From the NCBI GenBank assembly GCA_964534375.1, contig CAZHPN010000140.1:1-14169 (forward strand): a DNA stretch of 14,169 bases, written 5' to 3'. The translations under genes and the position numbers were made by a program. The stretch's first letter is position 1. The number at the start of each line of letters is the position of its first letter. The notes beneath the pieces were generated by a model, which saw only the letters and a program-made list of their open reading frames with translations, did not search any database and had not been told where the DNA came from. Source of the DNA: an uncultured bacterium. Its GTDB lineage: Bacteria; Lernaellota; Lernaellaia; Lernaellales; Lernaellaceae. This document shows, piece by piece, positions 7,648 through 14,021 of this stretch.

Positions 7648-8571
7648 TCACCCCCTCGTCAATTGCGTGAAGACGTCTTCCAACGTCGTTTCGACTTTGC
7701 GCAACTCCGCCAGCTTCCAACCGTGCGCCACGCAGGCGTCGAACACGCCCTCGGCCGCGTCGGCGCCGGTTTCGACGGCCAGCGTGAACTGCCGCCAGTC
7801 GCCGACCGCGCCGTCGCCCTTGACGCGCCGGACGCCGTGCGCCGCCGCGAGCCCCGCGGCCAGGTCGCCGGCGCCTTTGACGCGCACGAACAACATCTCG
7901 GCCGCCGCGCGATCTTCCAGCGCCCGCGGCGTGTCGTCGGCGACGAGCCGGCCGTTGCTGATGATCAGCACGCGCGAGCAGGTGGCCTCGACTTCGGCCA
8001 GGTGGTGCGTCGAAAGCACGACGGTTTTCGAACGCCCGATTTCCTTGATCAAGTTGCGGATCTCGATGATCTGGTTCGGATCGAGGCCGCTGGTCGGTTC
8101 GTCGAGGATCATGATCGGCGGATCGGATAGCGACGCCTGCGCCAGGCCGACGCGTTGCCGGTAGCCCTTCGACAATTCGCCGATGTCTTTCCCCGCCACT
8201 TCGCGCAGGCCGTACAGGCCGACGTTGCGGCGCACGGCTTGCTCGCGCGCCGTGGGGTCGAGCCCGCGCATCTCCGCGACGAAGAGCAGGTAATCGACGA
8301 CGCACATGTCTTCGTACAGCGGGTTGTTTTCCGGCAGGTAGCCGATTTTGCTTTTCGCCAACGTCGGGTCTTCGCCGAGCGGCCGGCCGTCGATGAAAAT
8401 CTCGCCGGCGTCGGCGCCCAAATACCCGGTGATCATCTTCATGGTGGTCGACTTGCCGGCGCCGTTCGGCCCCAGAAAGCCGACGACTTCGCCCTTGGAA
8501 ATCTGGAACGAAATGTCGTCGACCGCCGCGACCTCGCCGTAACGCTTGGTCAGGTTCTTTACCGCGATCAT
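7648..8571 (-). CDS. ABC transporter ATP-binding protein, GldA-like
   Basis: Walker A GPNGAGKST, YLPE loop, signature LSKGYRQRVGLAQA, Walker B ILDEPTSGLDPNQI, H-loop STH, C-terminal TLEDVFTQLT. SD GAGAGG. Confidence 0.93.
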   Translation of the reverse strand: MIAVKNLTKRYGEVAAVDDISFQISKGEVVGFLGPNGAGKSTTMKMITGYLGADAGEIFIDGRPLGEDPTLAKSKIGYLPENNPLYEDMCVVDYLLFVAEMRGLDPTAREQAVRRNVGLYGLREVAGKDIGELSKGYRQRVGLAQASLSDPPIMILDEPTSGLDPNQIIEIRNLIKEIGRSKTVVLSTHHLAEVEATCSRVLIISNGRLVADDTPRALEDRAAAEMLFVRVKGAGDLAAGLAAAHGVRRVKGDGAVGDWRQFTLAVETGADAAEGVFDACVAHGWKLAELRKVETTLEDVFTQLTRG

Positions 8572-8933
8572 CCTCTCTGCCTCCGCTTCAAGAACGGTTT
8601 ATTCGGGACTTTTTTTGCCAAAACGCAAATCCTTTGTAAAGCCCGCTTTTCGCCCGTTATTTCGATAAACGGGCAACGGCGCGTACCCCTTGTTTTTGCC
8701 GGTTTTCCGACGCCTTCGGGACGCGAAAGCCGGTCGGCCCCGATCCATGCCCAGCGGGCACGCAACGCTCAAAATGGTTCGCGATTCCTCGTCCCGTCGT
8801 GCGGCAATTCATGCACGGTTTGCGGCGGGTTGTAAAGCGGCCTGCGTTTTCCGCTGGGGCCCGCCCGGCGCGAGCCAGTTCGCCGATGCGCGAGCACGCA
8901 AAGGGCGGTTTGACGACGAGAGTCGCCGGCCGG

Positions 8934-9194
8934 TCAGAGGTTGCGATACACGTCCTTCCGATGTCCGATTTTCACGACCAGCACGACTAGAGCGTCGTTT
9001 TCAATCCGATAGATCACGCGATAATCGCCGACGCGTATTCGCATTCGTCCGCCGCCGTTCTTCAATAGCTTTGAACCGGGTGGACGCGGATCATTCGCCA
9101 ACTTGTCGAGATGGTCTCTGATTCGCTGTTGAATCGGACGCGAAAGGCGCTCGAGTTCGCGCACCGCCGATGGCAGAACGGCGACCGTAAACAA
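8934..9194 (-). CDS. relE: Type II TA toxin, RelE/ParE family (RelE/StbE-like)
   Basis: LANDPRPPGSKLL...RIRVGDYRVIYRI....LVVLVVKIGHRKDVYR is the canonical RelE pattern. TTG start directly after the antitoxin. Confidence 0.92.
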   Translation of the reverse strand: MFTVAVLPSAVRELERLSRPIQQRIRDHLDKLANDPRPPGSKLLKNGGGRMRIRVGDYRVIYRIENDALVVLVVKIGHRKDVYRNL

Positions 9195-9197
9195 GAT

Positions 9198-9458
9198 CTA
9201 CAGCCCCAGGTCCTTTTTTACGCGTTCCCATGGGATCGGCTTCTCGCCCTTCGCTGCTGCTTCGGCCTCGGCGCGCAAGGCGTCGAGAACATCCAATTTG
9301 TCTTCCAGATCTTCGAGCATCGCCAGGTCTTCCAGCGGGACGAGGGCCGCCACGTCCTTGCCGCGCTTCTGCAAGACGATTCGATCCCGGCGCTTGGTCA
9401 CCCGGGACAGCGTGCCCGAGAAATCTTTGCGAACTTCCGTTGTGCCTTTACGCGTCAT
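9198..9458 (-). CDS. Type II TA antitoxin, Phd/YefM family
   Basis: TTEVRKDFSGTLSRV....DRIVLQKRGKDVAALVPLED (Phd DNA-binding domain) followed by an acidic C-terminus ending IPWERVKKDLGL; lies upstream of relE. Confidence 0.9.
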   Translation of the reverse strand: MTRKGTTEVRKDFSGTLSRVTKRRDRIVLQKRGKDVAALVPLEDLAMLEDLEDKLDVLDALRAEAEAAAKGEKPIPWERVKKDLGL

Positions 9459-9493
9459 GTCGTCGCTCGAATAATGTTTTCGTCTCCGTTGGA

Positions 9494-9522
9494 ACTGTGC
9501 GCCTCGTCCGCCGCCCTTTCAA
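9494..9522 (-). promoter_or_regulatory. Possible promoter of the Phd-RelE pair
   Basis: Minus strand TTGAAA (9522-9517), 17 nt, CACAGT (9499-9494). The -10 match is weak. Confidence 0.3.
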
Positions 9523-9610
9523 GTGCCAGGCCGCCGATTGTGCTGCGCATATCCGTTCCCGGTCGGCAAGAGAGGCCGGCGAGCAGCCAAAGACATTTTC
9601 CCTTTGCCGG

Positions 9611-10369
9611 CTATTCTTGCACGCGCCGAATGCTCGCGCAGGCGCGGCAGTGCCGCTCGAAATCCAAATGGTAGCGTTTCATTTCCTCGGCGGCGGCGAC
9701 GATCTCGGCGAGCGGGGCGTCGCGGACCACGCGGCCCTCGAAGAGCACGATCAGGCGATCGCAGGTTTCGGCGGCGAACGCCAGATCCTGCGTGACCACG
9801 ACGACCGTGTCCGGGCACCCGGCGATGAAGGTTTCGATGGCCTGCTGGCTGTGCGGATCGAGGTTGGCCGAGGGCTCGTCGAAGGCCCAGATCGCCGGCC
9901 TCATCGACAGCACGGTCGCCAGGGCGACGCGCTTTTTCTGGCCGAAGCTTAAATGATGGGCGCTGCGTTGGCCGAAGTCGCCCATGCCGACGAGGTCGAG
10001 CGCGGCGGCGACCCGCTCGGCGACCTCGGCCTCGGGCACGTCCATGTTGCGCGGGCCGAAGGCGACGTCTTCGAAGACGGTCGGGCAGAAAAGCTGGTCG
10101 TCCGGATTCTGAAAAACCACGCCGATCGTCCGCCGCACCCGGCGCAGCGTCTTTTTCCCGACCGCGACGCCGTCCACCTCGACGCGCCCGTGTTGCGGCA
10201 GCAGCACGCCGTTGAGCAGCAGCAGCAGCGTCGATTTGCCGGCCCCGTTCGGCCCGACGATGCCGACCTTTTCGCCCGGGGCGACGGCAAACGAGATGTC
10301 GCTCAGGGCGACGGCGCCGTCCGGGTAAACGTAGCCGACGTCGGTCAGACGCAACGCGGGCGCCGTCAT
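9611..10369 (-). CDS. cbiO: ECF transporter ATPase (CbiO/NikO)
   Basis: YPDG..AL, GPNGAGKST, VFQNPDDQLFCPTVFEDVAFGP.N, HHLSFGQKKRVALA, FDEP. Start placed at the ATG at 10369 (MTAPAL...); the longer ORF-track extension runs through the repeat insert. Confidence 0.9.
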   Translation of the reverse strand: MTAPALRLTDVGYVYPDGAVALSDISFAVAPGEKVGIVGPNGAGKSTLLLLLNGVLLPQHGRVEVDGVAVGKKTLRRVRRTIGVVFQNPDDQLFCPTVFEDVAFGPRNMDVPEAEVAERVAAALDLVGMGDFGQRSAHHLSFGQKKRVALATVLSMRPAIWAFDEPSANLDPHSQQAIETFIAGCPDTVVVVTQDLAFAAETCDRLIVLFEGRVVRDAPLAEIVAAAEEMKRYHLDFERHCRACASIRRVQE

Positions 10370-10386
10370 GCGCTGGCCCCAAAACT

Positions 10387-10767
10387 GGGGACGGTCACCG
10401 GCGCCTCTCGCAAAAATGGCAACATCATAATTGGCGTTTCGTGTGGACCTCTCCCCCGGCCACGCCCCGCGTGGCCGCGCCCCTCCCCGACACAGGGAGG
10501 GGCGAGAGGACGCCGTGGCGGACCCGCGCCCCGAAGAGGTCGTCCACGGCTCGCGAATTCGCATTCACCTTGATGAATCAACAATAGAGTCCCCGTTTTT
10601 TTCAACACGTGTCCGCCTGCCGGTGCTGCGCCGGCGTGCCGCTCCCTGTGTCGGGGAGGGGCAGGTCGAACACGCGACCGCGTGATCGAGCGGGGAGAGG
10701 TCGGCGCGTGACGCCGCTTGTTGAGCCTGCATTCTTGCGATCGGCCTGCCAACCGGTGACGATCCCT
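10387..10767. repeat. Nested inverted-repeat (REPIN/MITE-like) element between cbiQ and cbiO
   Basis: Inverted pairs: 10387-10401/10753-10767 (12 of 15 match), 10408-10418/10730-10740 (10 of 11), 10446-10456/10692-10702 (11 of 11), 10479-10499/10642-10662 (21 of 21, GCCCCTCCCCGACACAGGGAG). Confidence 0.8.
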
Positions 10768-10772
10768 CGGTT

Positions 10773-11540
10773 TCATGCCAGCGCCATTCGGGCTGCGAAA
10801 AAGACGCCCAGATACGCCGCGGCGAAGCCGCCGTCCGCCCAGCGCCAGGGCGTGGCCGGCACGTGGGCGAAGCGGCCTTCGAAACCGCGCGAGATCATCG
10901 CCGCATAGACGCGTTCGGCGCGTTCGTAGGTGCGGATGAACATCGCCGCGACGAGGTGGCCGAGCGACGACACGCCCCAGAGCCGCCGCGTCCGGCCGCC
11001 GCGGGCGTCGTGCGCGCGGCGCAGGCGCTGGAATTCGTCGACCAGCACAAAAAGGTAGCGGTAGGTGAAGCTGAGCAGCAGCACGGCGACTTCCGGCGCG
11101 CGCAGGCGGCGCAGGCCGTGCAGCAGTTGCGGAAACGGCGTCGAGGAGGTCAGCAGGATGATCATTCCGGCCGACAGCATGCTTTTGGCGACGACGTTCC
11201 AGACCACCAGTGCGGGCGTGGCGTTGGCGACGGCGCGCAGGCCGAGACTGTAGCCGCCCGAAGTCTGGCCGGTTTTCAAAAACGGCGCGAAGGCCGCGAC
11301 CATCAACGCGAACGGCAGGACGGTGGCGAGGCGCTTCGCCACGTGCGCGGCCGGCAAATTGGCTGCGGCGAACGCCAGCGCGAGCGCCGCGGCGTAAATG
11401 GCGAAGGCGCCGACCGCGGTCGCCGGCGTGCTGACGCAAATCACGATGCCGCCGACCGCCGCGAGGATTTTCGCGCGCGCATCCAGGCGATGGATGATGC
11501 TGTCGCGGTACGCGTCCTGATCGAAGTAACCGTGCTTCAT
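10773..11540 (-). CDS. cbiQ: ECF transporter transmembrane T component (CbiQ/NikQ)
   Basis: SIIHRLDARAK, STPFPQLLHGLRRLRAP, YRYLFVLVDEFQRL..A..ARG, FIRTYERAERVYAAMISRGF (the two conserved xRG-type motifs). Confidence 0.93.
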   Translation of the reverse strand: MKHGYFDQDAYRDSIIHRLDARAKILAAVGGIVICVSTPATAVGAFAIYAAALALAFAAANLPAAHVAKRLATVLPFALMVAAFAPFLKTGQTSGGYSLGLRAVANATPALVVWNVVAKSMLSAGMIILLTSSTPFPQLLHGLRRLRAPEVAVLLLSFTYRYLFVLVDEFQRLRRAHDARGGRTRRLWGVSSLGHLVAAMFIRTYERAERVYAAMISRGFEGRFAHVPATPWRWADGGFAAAYLGVFFAARMALA

Positions 11541-11857
11541 GACCCCGTCGATTTCTTGCGGCCGCGCAGCAATCGCGCCAGGCCGGCGGCGGCGACGAAC
11601 GTGCCGAGCGCGCCGGCCAGCCCGGCGACGCCGGTCGCGAGTTTCGGATTTTTCACGCCGGGCGTCGCGTAATCTTTCACCGGCGCGTGCGTCCAGAGCG
11701 CGGCGCCGGGCGCGGTGGATTTCGCGGCGAACCCGTGGTCTTCGGCGAAGCGGTCGAGCCCGTCGGGGGCCGACGACGCGAACGGCGAAACGAACGCGGC
11801 CAGCAGCAGCGCCACGCCGACGCCGATCCAGATCACGTTTTTCGCCCCGGCGTTCAC
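11537..11857 (-). CDS. PDGLE-domain membrane protein (NikN-type auxiliary component)
   Basis: Two TM helices flanking SPFASSAPDGLDRFAE...P..DY. The GTG start overlaps the cbiM stop (GTGA) and the stop overlaps the cbiQ start (ATGA). Confidence 0.87.
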   Translation of the reverse strand: MNAGAKNVIWIGVGVALLLAAFVSPFASSAPDGLDRFAEDHGFAAKSTAPGAALWTHAPVKDYATPGVKNPKLATGVAGLAGALGTFVAAAGLARLLRGRKKSTGS

Positions 11858-12519
11858 GATTCGGCGCCCGCCGCCGCGCGCTCGCCGCGCCACGCGCCGA
11901 CCAGATCCGGGCGGACGGCGATCAGCGTGCCGACGACGCTCGAGGCGATCAGCGCTTCGCCCACGCCGATGAGCGCGTGCACGCCGGCCATCGCCGGCAA
12001 CGCCACGCGCAGCGGCGCCGTGCCCGAGAGCGCGAGCATGAACGCGCACGAGATCGACGCCAGCACGACCGAGCACCACGAGGCGACGCCGGCCGCGACC
12101 ATGAACCCGACCCGCGTTTTCGGCGCGAGCGCGCGAATCGCGTAAAACAGGTGCGTCGAGACGATGCCGCCGACGACGCCCATGTTGAAAATGTTCGAAC
12201 CCAGCGCCGAGAGGCCGCCGTCGGCGAACACCAGGCATTGAATGACCAGCACCAGCGCGAGGACGAGGCAGGCGTTGAACGGCCCGAGCAAGATGCCGGC
12301 CATGACGGCCCCGAGAAAATGCCCGCTCGTGCCGCCGGCGACGGGGAAATTCAGCATCTGCGCCGCGAAGATGAACGCCGCCGTGACGCCGAGCAGCGGA
12401 ATGGCGCCCTCGTCGAGATCCCGCCGGGCTTTTTTCACGGCGATCGTCAACGCGACGGCCGAGACGGCATAGGTCGCGATGTTGATCGGCGCGCTGACGA
12501 AGCCGTCGGGGATGTGCAT
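11854..12519 (-). CDS. cbiM: ECF transporter substrate-binding S component (CbiM/NikM family, NikM-type N-terminus)
   Basis: N-terminal MHIPDGF, AAFIFAAQMLNFPVAGGTSGH, Q.LVFADGGL.ALG.NIFNMG, HALIGVGEA. Strong SD GGAGGAAAGG upstream of the ATG at 12519. Confidence 0.95.
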   Translation of the reverse strand: MHIPDGFVSAPINIATYAVSAVALTIAVKKARRDLDEGAIPLLGVTAAFIFAAQMLNFPVAGGTSGHFLGAVMAGILLGPFNACLVLALVLVIQCLVFADGGLSALGSNIFNMGVVGGIVSTHLFYAIRALAPKTRVGFMVAAGVASWCSVVLASISCAFMLALSGTAPLRVALPAMAGVHALIGVGEALIASSVVGTLIAVRPDLVGAWRGERAAAGAES

Positions 12520-12560
12520 GCGCTCGCTTCCTTTCCTCCGCGCCGTCGCCGGCGCAAAGC

Positions 12561-12597
12561 GTGTTACATCTTTATGAAACGTATTAACGCATGTCAA
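12561..12597 (-). promoter_or_regulatory. sigma70 promoter of the ECF operon overlapped by a NikR-like operator
   Basis: Minus strand TTGACA (12597-12592), 17 nt, TAAAGA. Plus strand GTGTTAC (12561-12567), N13, GTATTAA (12581-12587). Confidence 0.62.
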
Positions 12598-12637
12598 GCG
12601 TGAGGGCGTTTTGGGCGGTTGTAGCTGCGTCGTTCGG

Positions 12638-12646
12638 TGATTAACT
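12638..12646 (+). promoter_or_regulatory. Extended -10 element (TGnTTAACT) for the HXXEE gene, probably giving a leaderless transcript
   Basis: TG-A-TTAACT ends 7 nt before the ATG at 12654. No SD. TTGTAG at 12619-12624 is a possible -35. Confidence 0.45.
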
Positions 12647-12653
12647 GTTTCTT

Positions 12654-13076
12654 ATGAAAACTTTCCAACTCGACCGGTTGACGTTGCGTTTGTTCCTCGT
12701 GCTGCTCGTATTTCACATGCACCACGTGCTCGAAGAAGCGGGCGGCCGGTTCTTCGCGATGGGCCGGTATCCGAATCCGGGCGCCTTTCTGGCGGCCAAC
12801 GGCATCCTGCTGGCGTTGCCGGTGATCTTCCTCTATTTCCTGCTGGAAGGACGCCGCTGGGCGCAAACGCTGGGTTTGCTCTACGGCGCGGTGATGGCGG
12901 CGGACGGCCTCGGGCACATCGTGGCGACGATTCTCACGGGCCGCTACGACGGCCGGTTCGCCGGCGCGATCAGCGGCCTCGGCCTCGCCGGCGTCGGCAT
13001 CCCCTTTGCGGTGCGGCTGTGGCAGGCGCGGAAAGAAGACGCGACAGGGAACGCGGCGGAGGCTGCCGTCTCGTAG
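12654..13076 (+). CDS. HXXEE domain membrane protein
   Basis: FHMHHVLEE (HxxEE) after the first TM helix, about 4 TM helices, a later DGLGH and Y....G..SG, typical of the HXXEE family. Confidence 0.82.
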   Translation: MKTFQLDRLTLRLFLVLLVFHMHHVLEEAGGRFFAMGRYPNPGAFLAANGILLALPVIFLYFLLEGRRWAQTLGLLYGAVMAADGLGHIVATILTGRYDGRFAGAISGLGLAGVGIPFAVRLWQARKEDATGNAAEAAVS

Positions 13077-13165
13077 CCTGCCCCATTCATCGTGCGGCCG
13101 CAATTTGACCGCCGAATACGGCGGCGCAAGTGGGGAATGGGGCGGGCACGGGGACCCGCCCCTGC
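13076..13165. repeat. REP-like hairpins downstream of the HXXEE gene
   Basis: GCCTGCCCCATTC (13076-13088) pairs with GAATGGGGCGGGC (13135-13147). Inner hairpin CCGCCG-AATA-CGGCGG at 13109-13124. GGGGCGGG-CACGGGGA-CCCGCCCC-TGC at 13139-13165 resembles a GTAG-family REP on the minus strand (GCAG variant). Confidence 0.6.
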
Positions 13166-13323
13166 AACGGACAACGGCAAGGAAACGTTTCCGCGCGTTT
13201 CACGCGCCGCAGGCGCGGCGCTGTACCCCGCCCGCCCGCGGGGCCGTGTACCGTCACCCCCGACTTAATGGTCTTTAAATTGGCGTCTCATTTACCGCGA
13301 CTTTTTCCGATCCGCCCGCGGCG

Positions 13324-13352
13324 TTGACAACGTAACCATATGCGGTTACAAA
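13324..13352 (+). promoter_or_regulatory. hicAB promoter with embedded palindromic operator
   Basis: TTGACA (13324-13329), 17 nt, TACAAA (13347-13352). Palindrome GTAACC-atatgc-GGTTAC at 13332-13349. Confidence 0.75.
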
Positions 13353-13358
13353 TGGCCG

Positions 13359-13619
13359 ATGGGCAGTTTGGCGAAACTCAAGGCCAGGTTGGCGGCGAAC
13401 CCGCGCAACGTCCGTTTTTCCGATCTTACGCGCGTCTTGCGCGACCTGGGATACCGCGAGGTTCGCGTGCAAGGCAGTCATTACGTATTCCGCCCGGACG
13501 GGCCGGGGCCGTCGCTCCTGGTGGTCCGGCCCCACGGCGGGCGCAACCTTTGCGCGGTGGTTGACGTGAAGAAAGTGATTGCGCTGCTCGAATCGCAGGA
13601 GGAAGAAAATGAAAAGTAA
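13359..13619 (+). CDS. hicA: Type II TA toxin, HicA family
   Basis: NPRNVRFSDL..VL..LGY.....GSHYVF (catalytic His in GSH) ... PH; 86 aa, basic; lies upstream of hicB. Confidence 0.88.
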   Translation: MGSLAKLKARLAANPRNVRFSDLTRVLRDLGYREVRVQGSHYVFRPDGPGPSLLVVRPHGGRNLCAVVDVKKVIALLESQEEENEK

Positions 13620-13995
13620 CAAACCGACGCGCGCGCCGGCGTATGAAATCGACATCGCGCCCAACGACGAGGGCGGCTTCTACGCGCGCGTGCCCGATTT
13701 TCCCACCATCTTCACCGGCGGCAAAACGGCGCTCGAAGCCATGAAGAACGCGCAGGAAGCGATCGCGCTGATGATCGAGGAATGCCGCGAGCGCGGCCTG
13801 CCGCTGCCCGCGCCGAAAAGCCGCTTCAGCGGCCACTTCAACGTGCGCGTGCCGAAGGAGCTCCATCGCGAACTCGCCCGCCGCGCCGACGAGGAAGGCG
13901 TCAGCCTCAACGCGCTGGTCTCGGTCCTGCTCGCACGCTCGGCCTTGCCCGCCGCGCCGGCGAAAGAACCGCAACGCCGAAAACGCGCCGGGTAA
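13609..13995 (+). CDS. hicB: Type II TA antitoxin, HicB family with C-terminal RHH domain
   Basis: EGGFYARVPDFP...TGGKT..EA..NAQEAI (HicB fold) and FSGHFNVRVPKELHRELA..A..EGVSLN (RHH). SD AGGAGG at 13597-13602 precedes the ATG at 13609. Confidence 0.92.
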   Translation: MKSNKPTRAPAYEIDIAPNDEGGFYARVPDFPTIFTGGKTALEAMKNAQEAIALMIEECRERGLPLPAPKSRFSGHFNVRVPKELHRELARRADEEGVSLNALVSVLLARSALPAAPAKEPQRRKRAG

Positions 13996-14021
13996 ACGAT
14001 CCTCCGCGCCGGCGCCGACCA

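Noticed and set aside
10370..10564. N-terminal extension of CbiO in the ORF track (also the extensions of cbiM to 12597, PDGLE to 12238, lipoprotein to 994 and hicB to 13579)
   Set aside because: They run through repeats, promoters or neighbouring genes. Family N-termini, SD sites and gene overlaps support the shorter starts.
10387..10767. Autonomous IS element
   Set aside because: No transposase ORF and no clear target-site duplication; kept only as a non-autonomous repeat.
12520..12653. Cobalamin or NiCo riboswitch upstream of cbiM
   Set aside because: Only about 45 nt lie between the promoter and the start codon, and no B12-box motifs are seen.
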